From the NCBI GenBank assembly GCA_040954595.2, contig CM082578.2:7115519-7179518 (forward strand): DNA of 64,000 bases, written 5' to 3'. Of the stretch, positions 1-15,000 are shown one piece after another (position 1 is the first letter of the stretch; each line of letters starts with the position of its first letter). Under the pieces are notes generated by a model. That model worked only from the letters and a program-made list of their open reading frames with translations. It made no database searches and was not told the origin of the DNA. The position numbers were made by a program, and so were the translations under genes. The stretch comes from Balanoglossus misakiensis. Taxonomy: Eukaryota > Animalia > Hemichordata.

Positions 1-3000
1 GTTTATTGTCAAAAGTCATGTTCATTGACAGATGGTTGCAGACTGTATTTAATGGTAGATGTTGCGTGTGAATATTTGCTGTGACAGATGAAGGTGGATT
101 GTAGGTAGGAGAGCATTGTGAGATGCACTCAGTGTGTATGTGTGTAAAGCAGTCAGCATGCACAGTATTATTCTCCAAACCAGGAGTATTAGCACGTAAG
201 AGAAATTGTGTTATCATTGAGTGACATCACCCCTCCCTCCAATAAGTTTCTCATTCTGTTTATTTCTGTCTTCGCAAGGATTGAACACATCTGCCAGTGT
301 CAACACCACATTCAAAAATACCGTCATACAATTGTAATTCATGCATTCCAAGTTTGACATTTCCTGGATTTGCAATTTCACCTGGCCACTTCAGTGTCGT
401 CAGGTGGCTTGTGTCAGGCAGAGGAAGTCATCAGTGGAAATTATTGATGACGGGAAATTTGGTTACTAATTAGTAAGACACGAAATGTTAGGTATTCCTT
501 GTCTTCTACAAGTACAAGTCGTTGCGCAGGTATTTCCAACAGCCAATTATATTGCTGTAATTCACATCCCGTAATTAGCTTCGTGGAATGATGACATTTT
601 CAAGGTGGTTCTATAACTATGCAAATATCACACTCTGCAGGTACTAGAGGTTACTCATTTAGTTTGTTGCAGCCTGAATACATTAATGCAGAATTTAGGT
701 CACCGGGAGGTCATCTCACAAGATGGCTCTGCGGGTTGATTTTTATCAGTTCCCAACACTCAACAACCACCTTCTAACTATGTCAGTATTCCACCGAGCA
801 CATTCTTGAGTATCAGCTAACCCAGTTAATATTACATGGGCTGGTTAATGCCTTTCCAGTACTCTCAGATAGGGAATCCAGTATTCTCACGTTTTGTCCC
901 GCATCCTATAGCTCATCCAGATGTCTTTTTCCCATAAGCGTGTTTTTCAGGCATGGAAATTATATTGACCTGGTAAAAATATTACCTATATAGTGTGTGA
1001 GTTGTATTGAACTGCCTAAAATACTGTCATCGACTGTATATCTTCAACTTCTGTACTTGATGCGATACATCATGGCGCTATGCAAACAGATGTTCATGAT
1101 ACGATTCAACCTCTCTCTGGCCTCTGTTTGTCAGAAGGGCAGCGTGCCAGTTATCCTTATTTTATGGACTCAATAACAATCTCGCAGCATATCATCCATC
1201 CGTTACTTGTTTACTCAGACCTTCCATGTTTTGTCAAGTGTGTCCCACCAAATTTCTGAAAATTCCCTGCAGCGCTCGCAAGAAAATAATGTCGGTAAGA
1301 ATTTCCATTTGTCAATATCACTAGCAATGGTATATGTTTATTCAAACTGTTCAACGCACATGAATTTGAAAAAAAAAATTATATCTGTAGGGACTTTTTT
1401 GTAAATTACACTTTCTGATCAGTTTTCCTTTTTTCCCAAACCATTCTGTTTGAGTTATTGAAAAACATCAAAAGCGTGTCCTGAAAAGAACTGTAATGTG
1501 AGGCGATGGTGACAATACATATATACTCTCTTTGTCAGACTTTTCACACAAGCAGCAGCTTTACTCATTGGCCAATTTACCCATGGTATTACGGATGGAT
1601 CTAGAACGGACTGGTGATATGCTGTGATAATTAATAAAATTGTCTGTTGCATCTAAAAAGTACTGTTGACCCAAATAATATTTTCACCTTATCAAAATTC
1701 ATGCATGTGCACACTCTAACTTAATTAGTAAATAAATAAACAATCTACCATTATCCAGAGACATTAAAAAAGCCACTTCTGGAATATTTGAAAAATATTA
1801 TCCTGAGAATACTATGTATTGATGTTTATCTTCTTTTGCTATGCTGCATTTTAGTTTTATTTAATGGCGTATTAAAAACAATCCAATTTTTATTTTTAAA
1901 TTATTAACTTCCTAAAAATATATTTCATGTGCTGGTTCTTGCTAGCGTTGTTTTTGAACTCAGTGGCTGTAATAATTCTGACATGAAGTAGAACAGTGAG
2001 ATTCCATTAAATCAATATTCCATTTCAAGGTGGTACTGGTATGAGATGTTTTGTCGCAGGAAAGCTTCTACGAAGCAGACATTTGGTGTGATGTGCTTGC
2101 AATTTATCTGATGACTAATGCACAAATTTCAATATTTATGAGATGCACATGCGGTGTCCTCGCTTTGCCAAACGTAATGATATGCGCAGGTCTATCACCG
2201 CCCTTGATAAAAATAGATCTAATATTCAGGAAATAACGATGGCTGGACTGATCGCTGATGAAAATGAAGTTTTATCTCTGTCCTGTTGATTGCTGATGGA
2301 AAATTAATTGTTTATCCTGATACTGTATCGCTTCTATTGGTGTGTCATACCTGTGTGATGTACATGTACAAACACATCAGCCGAAGTTCATGCATAAAAA
2401 TAGAAACCTTTCAGAAATCTGTAAGGTTGGTTTTTACCAGCATATAGTTGACTGTAATAGCGATACGAAATAAGACATGCCTGTCTTAAAACACAGCCAT
2501 TTATTTGCCAGCTGTTTCTAACAGATGCCGGTAGATTTTTCAAAAATCTGTGGTTGATTTTGAAATTGACGAGGTGTGTGTGAGAACTAAAATACACCAT
2601 GTAGTAGCTGTATAATTTATTCCCAGTATCTGTCGCTGACTTACCTACCATTGCTACAGTGCTAGTGATATTCGTGGTGTAATGTATAGCCTAGACGGGG
2701 ACATGCACAAGGCTAAAAGACCATTGCTGAAATAGATAATACCAAGATGACAGCAAAACAGAGGATGTAACCCAGTTTTTGGTAACTGATAGCGGTGCAT
2801 GTGTGGTACCATGTTATACTTGCTGGAAAGATTTTCACCCTAACTCCCTTTGCTTCAGCAGGTTTCTAACAGTAAGACACTACTGGTTCCGATGGATCTA
2901 ATTTCTGAGACACCGAGTTTTTTTTCCGCTAGCATTTTGTGTGTGTAAGCCAGGAAACAAATAGCATGTCCCTGAAACCTGGTGATAACAACTACGTAGC

Positions 3001-3185
3001 CGCCCTGTGCTCATGCAGGAAGCTATCTAAGACTCTGACCAAAACCTTTTGTTCTGTTTTTTCCTCAGGAAAATAGACTGAAGAGAGGAAGAGAGCGATA
3101 GAGAGAGGGGAGAAGACGAAGTGCGAAACAGTGAAGTTGGTCTGGTATCGTTTCCCCGGATATCTCTATCTTTGATCCGTTCATC

Positions 3186-3279
3186 ATGGTGCTTACCGAT
3201 AGGAGAGATTATAGGATATTACTCCTAGCAATTGTAGCGTCACTTACGTGTACAGTTATATCACAAGATGAAAGACGAA
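3186..3279 (+). CDS. L1-like coding exon 1, signal peptide [31 protein letters not shown]
   Basis: Acceptor ttttttcctcag ends 3068 (5'UTR part 3069-3185). ATG at 3186, hydrophobic core, donor GTAAGT at 3280. Phase 1 matches the next exon. Confidence 0.85.
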
Positions 3280-6200
3280 GTAAGTAAGATTTCGGTTTTA
3301 TTGTCATGTTGGAATTTGGAAAATCAAAGGATTACTGCTCACTGCAGGATTACTGCTCAATTTCTGAGTCACTCTGCAGTATTATACAGATTATACAGAA
3401 AGGTGTGTGGGGAATTTGCTAAGTACTGTAATATCTGAACATCCTATGAGAATGCATTCTGTCTGCTCCTGCCCAAGCATCAGATGTAGGTGGACAAATA
3501 TTGTGTCAGAGATGAGAAACAATTGACAATTGTTAAGGTGAACCAAATTTAGATGTGTTATAGTACTTGAAGGTCATGCCTGATTCATCGTAGTGAAGGC
3601 ATGACTCTTCTCACATTGCACAAGTGCTTGTCATATTTGAATCAGTTGTGTGTACATATGATGAGCAAATATGACACATATATAGGGAATTAATGCACAC
3701 ACCCACACATTCAAGGTATACTGGGGCATAGTTTGTCACCAACACCTAAACGTTACACGGACGCTGTTAGTAACACTGAGTGTTAGGTAACGCAAAGGAA
3801 GCCCATCTGGTTTAACCCTTTCGCCCCATCTCCCTTTAAAGAGATCCAACTTTACCACAGAAATCAATGGATTTGGACCAAACCACGGTGGTGAAAGGGT
3901 TAAAATTTAGTAGCTTTTCAAAAGGTACACGTACCCGTGTGTCACCTTGAAAATCAGACACACCCTGGGAAAGGTGTTGTCCAAGGTCCACGTGCTGCGA
4001 AATTAGCATACGTGTCTAAATTTATGTGTGGTTATATTTACATGATTGTACACTGACTGTCCATATATTTTGAGGCAGATGATTTGACAACATGGTGTCA
4101 CATTTGGCCGAATGAGTTTAGTTGGCAAGATTTTGACAAAATATCAGATCTTGAGAAATTATTGTAGATATCCTAATGTTCACCTGTATAATTCTATGTC
4201 GTATATTTTCTGGCAAATTACACCTTATTGTAAGACTGATTCGCAACGGCAGAAAAAATTGTGTTTTCATAGGATGTTTAGATATTTCATTAACATATGA
4301 GGTCTTCTTAGATATAGAAAACATACTACAATTCCCCTAATTCAATGCACATGCAGTCAGCATTCATCTGATTGGGCCTTGCCGCCATTTTGAATGTGTG
4401 TCAAAGGTCATTTTCCTCAGGTGAAATTTCAATGAGTTTGCCAATAAGTTACTGTTTATCTGATGGCATGAAACTGAAGAATAACAACTGGCAACCAGTG
4501 TTTTTGAGTGAATTTGCATTTCGCTGGACAGTTCTGACTGCATTTTATCATTTCTGGGGAAAATTTAAATTAGGATGGGTGGTAACTCTGTGTGAATGTG
4601 TATGGTTTTGAATTGTTTATGGATTTGTCTTGAAAATTTGTGAATGCTGATAAAAAAAAATGCTTCTCAATAAAACTAGCCTGTGACACCTCAGTTGTGA
4701 ATATATTGTAAATGTTTAATTTTTGATAGTCTGATAGATCCTCAATCTCCCATATGCACCCCTACGTGTATTTCCAGCAGACCAGAAAGATAATTACAGA
4801 AGCGGTGAATCATCGCAGTATTTGTCCTGCTGATAAAAGAAATTAGGTGATTACACTCGGTTCGCGGTGTTTGCCGCTGTCTGTCTCCGCCTCAAACACA
4901 AGTCTTCTGATCAATAAGTAACATTTTATTTAAAAAAACAGTTAGCAATTTATAATCTAATAGTAACACACTGTTCCCAGGTTTTGTCTTTTACCAAAAT
5001 TTGGTAAAAAGTGTTGCTTAAATACCTCAGAATAGCACATCAAAAGAACTATTGTGGCCCCCACTACTCAGAGGTACACTTTGAATGACTCAAAGCAATA
5101 ATCCATTCTGTGATAGCCAGGTTGTCATGCAGGCAGTTGTATTTAATTTAACTTTGATGTTTTTCACGAAGAAAGTCTTGGCGATAAATCTCTCATGCAA
5201 GATTGTTTGGAAATCTTTCAATTCCCCTTACTTAGGCTTTGTGTCTTGTAAATTTCAAGGAAAAAATTATAATGATTGAATCATTTATTATATCGTCCCG
5301 GGCTCAATCAATCAAATTACAATGCGCTAGAAGCGTGACAGTAATACAAATGCCGATTCTTTGCATGTGTCCTATGGATGCGTTTCTTCAGTGAGAGACA
5401 GGCAGGTAAGCTGAAAGAGGGCCCATTAGGTTTTCACATTGCAGAATACAGTCAGATGTGTCTTGATCACTGTTTTGAGTTTGTTGCACAGAAAGAATGA
5501 ATAAACTATCCTGACTGATTGACAGGTCGAGTGATGAGCTTGAAAGGTTGTCAGATCGACATAGAAATGTTATTAGGTCTTCTTTTTATAAAAAAATAAA
5601 ATCACAGGTGACGAAATGATCTGTTCAGAAACAGGACAATGCCTCAGGGAAAATAAATCCTCAATTTTCCATGGATAACATTTATTACCCTGGATCAGTT
5701 ATGCATCTGTCTTTCTTACGGCCCACATGAATTTCAGACTGAACGGGACATCGCCAATTTGCCCATGATAAATCTCTTTATATTTCAAATTCCACAAAGT
5801 GTGTTAAACAGCGAGCATTACTGAACACAATGCGATGGGTGTCACTGCAGCCATGGTAATCTGCCGGACTAGTTCTGATGAATCAACTCCAGTGTCCACT
5901 TCAATTCCTGTGGCACGCTGCCCTTAAAAAAAAATTAGAGAAGTTAGTGAATGAATTTATGACAACTGTCTGATGTCAGGTGAGAATTTCAGATATACAC
6001 TTACCTGTATTATGCAAAACCCTGTTTAAAAATGCAGCAATATGATGCATGTTTGAATTAATTTCAGCCATGCCACACCATATTATCAATACACATTGCT
6101 AGCTGTCTCCCAGAAAACAGTAACAGAGCCGAAAATAACGATAATAATAGGGACCTGAGAGTAGGAGAGAGAAAACTCTAGGAGATTATCAGTAATTCCA

Positions 6201-9200
6201 TACCAGGCAACTTTCACTTATTTTGTGAAAATACCCAAATGAGCCCACCAATGTAGACATGATTGCCAGGTATCGATGTAAAGATATTAATTTGATGTTA
6301 AATTAGCTTCCTGTTCTGTGGGAGGATATAATAGGGAACAGTGCTGTGGGAGATTAATTTTTCTTTGTCAGTCTCTGTCAGTGTAATACACAAATTTTCA
6401 AGTGTGTAAGTCAGTGTTGAAATTGTGTGATTGTTGTGTGTTCGTCTTTTTAAAGTATGGTTGTATATATGTATCAACATGGCTGAAAAATGCGTTCAGT
6501 CAGACAAAAATAATAACACACACACATGTACACATATCCATCCATCATCCATCCATCCCATCCATCCATCCATCCATCCATCCATCCATCCATCCATCCA
6601 TCCATCCATCCATCCATACATCCATACATACATACATACATACATACATACATACATACATACATACATACATACATACATACATACATACATACATACA
6701 TACATACATACATACATACATACATACATACATACATACATACATACATACATACATACATACATACATACATTTAATGGAAGCTTTACTTTATCATGAA
6801 AAATGAGAAAAGGTTTTCAAAGCTAGTCATATCTGTGTTTACACTGCCATCTACATGTATGTAGAATAATTCGATGTCCATTTCACAATCAAGAGGCGAC
6901 ATACATGTATCAACCATATTGCATATCAATTATCAGTCTTGAAACTCTCATTGTGTGCACTCTCATGGTTGTATATTATACACCAAAATTGCTTGTCTGG
7001 ACTGTCAAATCAGTTCTGAATAATTGAATGTGTACAATGCATGGTTAACATTTTATTCTGTTGTACATACAAAAATTGTGTTGATTTTAGTGAAACCATA
7101 TTTTATAAACAAAAACATATATGTCATTCAAATAAATCAATCATGTTTTTGGTATCATTGCTTGATGTGTGTAAATAGAGAGAAGATGTTTTCATGGTAC
7201 ATTCAGGCATAGCATAATACTGTAACATGAAGTAGAGGAGAAACTTTGGATACTGCCATTCTCTGTTCGTGTAAACTGAGACGTGCAGATATGATTACTA
7301 GTAGAAGACATCATTTCAGTGTTCTACGTCTAATTATGTATTATGAGACTGTATGTAAAGAGGTTGGCCAGACCTCTGATCCCAGTCACGGATGTCATTG
7401 GACTAATATGCTCCATAAAATAACCAGTCGGCAAACACTGGGCAAACATGACAGTTGTTTGAGGGCAGTATGATTCATGTCTGTACACAGAATGAAACAA
7501 ACTCATCCCATATGGGACTCTGAATTGAGTAGACGTAGGATTGTAAAAAGCAAGATGGTGAATAAAAGCCCACTCCTTCTGATTGTGGAATGAGAAGGGT
7601 TGCTATAGCGATGATCTATAAACGTTGATGGGAATACATGAAGTGCTTCCCCTTTAAATTATCTATTTTATCAAGTTTTGGCATTTCAGCAAAACGTTAT
7701 AGTTTAATTCTGGGAAGCAGAATTTACTGTAGGAAAACATGCCAGTTTAGCATTCATCGTTGATTCTTGTTTCGTTCATTTGCATAGAAATACATGATGC
7801 ATCATTCCACTTGTCTCCTTTAACATTACACCCATTATTATAATGTATTTTGACATAATACTGTGTGCATTTGTATATTACATCATTCGTTACAATACAT
7901 TTATATTCTTGTATGTACTGCTTTCACTATTTTTTGTGCTGTAATTTTGCATCAATTATGTATTTAGGTTGTCGACTGCTATAAATATCATTCATGTAAT
8001 AATTGTCAAAAGATTCATGAATCACAATTCATCACACCCTTTACTGCATCAAATTTTCACTAGTGTAATTTGTTGCATATATAATTAGGGACTGGGTGAT
8101 GTTTTTTTTTAATTATAAAATTTTCACATTTTCTTTACAAGTATTTTGTCACCTTTGAATTATCAGTCGCTTAATGACTGTAGGAAAATGAAAAATTTCA
8201 AAATTGTGTGCAGAAAATAAGTGCCACAGGTAATCAGAGTGAAATATTAATTAAACAACATTTCATATTTACCAGCACAAAGATGTGAACACAAAATAAA
8301 AGGATTTGTCTGATCGCTTCGTACACATGGCAGTCAGAAGTAGAAAATGATAAAAACAAGACAGGATCACTATAGAAATCCTTATCAGTAATCCAGTTGT
8401 CACTTCCACTGTGCTTTCAAATCAAATCAGAGGAAAAAATAATGTAAATGGTTAAATAGAGCCACATAATATGATATCAGTCGTGGGCAGATAAAAAATA
8501 TTGAAAAGCGAAAACGTGGTTTTATAGCGTGTTATTGACATTACTGGATGTGTGAACAAAAACGGGTGGCTAGTCTGGCTGTGGGCAGGCTTTTTATCTT
8601 AGAGTAACAGCCGAAACTGAAAGAATTATTTTAATACCATTTGCCATGGATTAAAATCAAAATTTTCACTTCAGAAATATGTGCTAAAAAGCATTCCAAG
8701 ATTCATGCATGGTTGCTCATATCACAAGATTACAGCTATCACTATCATTGTACATGCAGTATGACTCATACAGGCTTATTTTCAGTGCATACAATGCAGA
8801 ACAGTTATATTAGATGGTCGATTCATATTCTGTTCATGTACACTACTCATCTACTGTGTGTGAACTCGCCCCATCATTTCCATGCGAGGTTGCAAAGTGA
8901 CAGGGGTGTCTGACAGTGTGAGAGCTAACACTCACTCTGTTGTAAACTGTGTAATATTGATGTGTGATTAATATGTTAGTATGCAAAAATAGTTGCATGC
9001 ATGTATAATTAAAGCACAGCACGAAATAGAAATGTTTCCTCCCGATGTTTTTGTAGACTTTCTTCTTGCATATCGTATTGTTTATGTTTTTAATGTATTA
9101 TTTATTGCACTGCCTGTTGCTTGGCACCTAACTGCACTGCATGATAATCCTTGTGTTTGTCTCTCTATGCACTACTCTTCGTTCTGGTAAACACAGTAGA

Positions 9201-11990
9201 TGGTTCTGATGACCTCAATCTAGGCAACCCTGTAACACTAACAGGCAATACAGGTACCCAGGTTTTGATTATTGGATTATCAAGATGCGTCATCCTCACT
9301 GTGTGTTAAGTGTCAATCTCATGCATGTTAATCGTCTTCTGTACATCGTACATTTTTTTGCTTGGCAACTTCTGAATCAGTTTAATATCAGCACTTGCTT
9401 TTTCCCCCCCTCTAATTTGCACGTTTCTCGCCAGGCCTCTTTGGTAAGTAAAAGACAACAGGCATGGTTTTTTTTAATCCCTTGCACACGATATTTTATT
9501 CATGTTAAGAAATCAGTGGATGATCATGTACATCCACTCTGTGGAATAAACACTTCAGTGGTGTTCTGACGAGAGTGGAGTAACATCTCTGTTTCATCAC
9601 CCAAAGGCTTTTGGGACAGCTTGCTTCGTTGAAATGGCATAGGTCAGACTGTGATAATAACACTTCAACTCCTCTTTCCGATGTGAAGCCGAGATGACAT
9701 ACTGCAAATGATGTCTTTTGTGGGAGATATTTAAAGGGACAAAATCACAAACTGTTGACATTATTTTGATAAAACTTTCAGTTTTGTTTGATGGGCTAAT
9801 TATGTTACTAGCTGAAAGTAACTAATTAATACATCTCATCTCACATCCTGTACATGGGTAGAATATGACAATTCTTCTACAATATAATTTTTTGGTACTG
9901 ACCAAAAATTAAATGATGGAACTATTCAATAATCCATATATGGATTATGAATTAAGTCACATGTGAGTCATGGAGTGAGTGAGTAGAACATCTTAAGAAG
10001 CCTATCAAGAGAATCTAAAATATCCAAAAATGATGTCAAAATGTTGCACTTTTGTCCCTTTAACCAATATATTTCTAGTTCATGTACAAGTATCTTATCT
10101 AACCCTTAAAGTTAATGCACTGTATTTGTTTTCAAATGTACTATAAACATCATTTGTGAAATACAAGAAGTGGCGATTGCTTTCATAGAAAATAAAATAA
10201 AACATTGCATTTATCATTGTAGCATGTTAAATACATTTATAAGCCGAAATTTGTTTTTAAAAATCATCCATTTTCACGTAATGGTACTAATGCAAAGAAA
10301 TGTATTGCATAAATTCTCTTTTTTGGCACACTGCATGACAGTGTATTGAAAGGGATTCAATTCACTCAGTCTTTTACTTCTCTGCTGTAATGGTTGTCAA
10401 AAGATTGGACACAGTATTAATTAATAGCATGTTTGATTGCTGTCAAGAATTGTATGTTTGAGTTGTTGAAAACAAGGGACTTTTAATGCAGACGAATATA
10501 TCAGGAAATATACAGCCATTACGTGCAAAGACAGCAAGGAAAATAATATACACCACCAGATGCTGACAGCAAAGTGCTGTGATTTTCTTTTTTGTGCTCT
10601 TCTAACCTTCATATCTTTTAAACTGTTAAAGCAAAAATTCGCATCCATCTTTATGAATAACAAATTCGGTTTACTTTATAATAAAAGCATGGGCAAGGCT
10701 ACAACTTTGCTTATGAAAAATAATGATACAAATATGACATCTCAAACTATACATGAGCATCAATTGCGATGTAAACAGCGTTAATTTGATTTTAATGGCT
10801 GCATTTTCACAAAGAAAGCTGGGAAAAAGAGTGTTCATTAGCAGTTGTATATTGTACATGTAAAGTTTAAAATCTATCATCTGCTCCTTATAGTACATGA
10901 TGTGGTATCTGATAACATGTGACACCTCCTTTTGAAAACTCTTTCAAGTTTTCAATTGCCATGTTAAGTATGAAAGTGTGAACACACACATTTGACATTG
11001 ATTGCAAGTACTGTATGCATCATTATGTATTTATATCATTGGCATGATATCTCAGTTTTCAAGAGCAAATTTCAATCGTGGCAGTTTTGACATTCAGCAC
11101 GCCTCTTTTTATGTGTAGCCAATTCTGCTGTGTATTTTTAAAAAAAGTCAGAGAGAAAAAAGTACATGGAGTTGTATTTCTGGTTGGTAAAAGTATTAGT
11201 CAAAGTCGTGGTCAAATTTTCAAAACTGTTGTAATTTAAAACCATTTAGAATTTTATCAATTTGACATGTGATCAGTAACTTGAAGCAATCAGTCAAAAG
11301 TGATCTGCTTCTTAGAAATGGTCGCACATGTTGACATCAGCAAGAAATTCTAACATTCTTTTTTAATGGAGTTATAAACCAGAAATACCGCATGACTTTT
11401 TCCCTCCTGGCCTAATTTTACCCTCATATCATATTGTGTATACTATAAGCCTATGCGCCTCACCAAGAAATGCCGATGAGCAACTACTCTGTGGGATTAC
11501 CCCAGGGGTAGTGCGCCCCCATAAGGCCAACAAGAGACATGATGGAGATGCCTTGCTGCCTCATTTAAATATCATCATGGGTTGTGTGAGCGAGCGGCTT
11601 TATTTGGGAATCATCAAACACCTCTTCATTTATGCCTGTGCTCAGAAGAATAATTAAAGCAAATAAATTACTTTTGGTTAATATTTTAGCCTTTTTTCGG
11701 AGGTGTTGTCTTTTTTTTCTTATCACAACGCAGAATTGTTAGTTTCATTTAGAGGAGTGGGATCATGGTTTGTGTGTGACATTGAGTACATGGAAATAAT
11801 TTCTGACTATGCAAAATGATTTTTTATGTTTCAACAGAGCAAGCGCCACCGAGTATAGTTGAGTCTCCAAAACAAGAAGAGTTCATAGATCCTCGATCTG
11901 AATATGCTGTTCTGAAATGTGTTGCGAGGGGAGAGCCTGCACCCACGTAGGTTTTTAACTTTTCTTTCCTTTGAAATGAATTAGCTCAAA

Positions 11991-12022
<32 letters not shown>

Positions 12023-15000
12023 GGGAACATAAATGATTTGAGAAACCTGGTGCAGTATTATATCCAGGAAGGCATCAACGGGGGGGATATGTCCCTTTTT
12101 GCCAGAATATCTTTGGGGGGGGATTCCACTCTGGCAGAGGGGGGGGGGGGGATGTAATATCTCCAACATGTGAGTGACACTATTTTAAGGGGCACTGTTC
12201 CCCCCTTAATAAATTGTTAGAGAGTGCCGGTGGCACTTCTGTAAAATTTAGCAAGGTACCAGTCACAACAATGATGTGTTTGTAGACCGGCCACTTTTAT
12301 GCACCTGTTTCCCAGTATCAAAATAAAAAATGTGAAGCACAAAATGATAGTGACACTTCACAGACAGTGTGTAACTTCTGCTGTGTAGTAATGCTAATCC
12401 ATATCCGTTAGTATACTGTACTGATTGTATCTGATAACGTCCCTGTCTCAGGCATCGCACTCACATTGTTTTATCATTCCTCAGGTACGAGTGGAGAAAA
12501 GATGGCCGTGTTGTGCCCATTAACGGGGACACTATCGCGTTGGAAGAAGGCACTCTGAAAATAAAGAAGCCAAACCCTCGATTTGATGAGGGAGAATATC
12601 AGTGTTTTGCCACAAATGCGTTTGGTACTGCTCTGTCGCATAAGGTGGCGCTGGTGATTGGACGTAAGTGGTACATCATTGTTACAATGTGTTATCAGGT
12701 GGATTGTTGACACTCATACTAGTCTTAGATGTATATACACGTACATGTATTCCCAACAAATACCATATTTATGTGGACGTATGCCAAACTAGCTTGTCAC
12801 ACATACCCTGCCCAAACTTGCCCAGGCAGTTTTCAATATCTCTTACCTTCATTGCAACTGAAGTTGCTTCCCATTTTGACATTCTGATTGTCTTTGCTTC
12901 ATTTATGAGTTCATGATGTGGCAAATGTAACAAAGTTGTTTCCTTTTGACATTGTGGGCATATATTTATTATAAATTATATATAATATAATATGTAGCAT
13001 AAATGCATATTATATTATGTATAATATATTTAATGTAATATTTTGGATAAAAGTTGGGCTATGGCTTAATTTATTTTATACTTTGTGTTATGTATTCAAT
13101 ATCATAATATTATTTATTTTAATTGGACTGTGGCTTCAGGAAGGAATGTTCTGCCCAGGATTCATGTTTTTGTTTAAGAGTTAGTAATTTGATCAATCAG
13201 CACAGAAGCACAGGGATGGTAAAACTGTCCCTATTTTTACTGTTCAACAGATCTTGACCGATTTGAACTCAGCGATGAGAGACAAGAAAGTTTCCAGCTT
13301 TACGCTGGAGCCAAGTTGTCCTGCGATCCACCAAGCGGAGCCCCACCGCCCCGAGTCTTCTGGAGTAAGAAGCTGCCGCAGGTCTTGCTGTACAGCGAGC
13401 GCATCAACCAGGATCCGGACGGCAATCTCATCTTCGCCAACATCTTGGATTCCGACAAGGGACAGTACTACTGCAACGTGATCGTCGACAGCCTTGGTGA
13501 GCTGAGACAGGCCCCGCTTGTCAACGTGACCGTGGCTACAGGTAAATGCAGATATTTGTTTTTTTCCAAACGGCTTTTGATTTTTTTAAAATAACATCTG
13601 ATGGATATGTCAGCCCTGCATATACAATGTACTGTGCTCGTTCTGAATCAGAAGGAACAGTCTCTGGAGTCAAAAGTTTTTTAAATGCATGTATTTCTTA
13701 TTATTTTGTGCAAAACACACACACGTGATACACATTACACAACGGTTGTCAGCTCTCATTATGTGAAAACTGTTTTTGAACTAACATTTTCAATTGACAG
13801 AAATCTAATCTTATCGACTAGCATTTCTCATTGTATTACACCCTATGGCATGAGCATATGGTATATTGATAATTTCATGAAGAGTTTATTTAAATTTAAT
13901 TAATATTTCATCACAAACGACCACAGCATCTTTGCGCTCAATTTGTACAGTCACCTTTGCTGACCCTCTCAATAATCGTCTACTATGGTGCAAACACCAA
14001 ACTCTCGCTTTTTTCCATTTTTCCAAAATTATAACCTCCTTCTCTCACGGTCAATTCACAATCAACTTGGTCATTCGCCCATTGTCATACTCTCTTTTCC
14101 ATGCAATTTGTTCATTTCATAATGGATTCTACAGGGAGTGCAGGTAGTATAACCCATGCCTTTTTTCAGAAGCTGACATGTCAGACCCACCTCACGGCCA
14201 TCTCCATCAGCTTTTAGGCCATTTACTTGACATCGACAACACTTTGCTTGGCTTCCTGTGTCCTCAGAAAGTGACAGTGCTTCCTCGTATAAAAAATAAC
14301 CTTCAGAGCTTGTGAAAATCGCTTCTTCTGTTTGTTGTTTGTATGCAATATCGATCTGATGTAAAGAATTAGCTCAAACTGACCATGGATTGTAAACTTG
14401 AAGTAGGTCCTTATCGTCTGCTGTGTATTTTTCAGATTAACCCTTTCACCTCCTGTTCCCTATTTTGTGGTCTAACCTTACCATAGAAAACAATGGGTTT
14501 GGACTGAACCATAGTGGTGAAAGGGTTCAAGTTGAATTTCCGCGTTACAGTTTCGACTGCAGTTCATGAATAAAAAATGGATAATGTCTCAGAGGAGAAG
14601 GGTGACTCACTGATCCAAATGAGGCATATATAATTTATGCAAATGCCCGAGTTTCATATTTCTATACTATGGATTTGTGAAAACAGTTTGTTTGAAAGGC
14701 TCCAAATTACTTCAGAAATTACCGAAAAAGAACTAAGATGGCTGAGAAAGATCGGTACGTCGAACAAGCTTTGAGCATATTCTTTGAAACTTGCTCTAGG
14801 ACAGTGAGAAGTGGTCATTTCAGGAACTATAGGCATCCAAGCAGAGTGTTTGTTAAGTTTACATATCATTGCAACCATTCTAATTGTACATTGTCACACA
14901 TTATGGAATTTTTTTTTTTTTACATTTTACACCATTTTCATCATGATTATGTACATGTTCATGTCTACATGCAGGTATTATTTTAACACTATCAAAACTT

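Noticed and set aside
6402-6806. Long repetitive ORFs on both strands (HPSI/HTYI/MYVC)
   Set aside because: These are translations of a stop-free tetranucleotide microsatellite.
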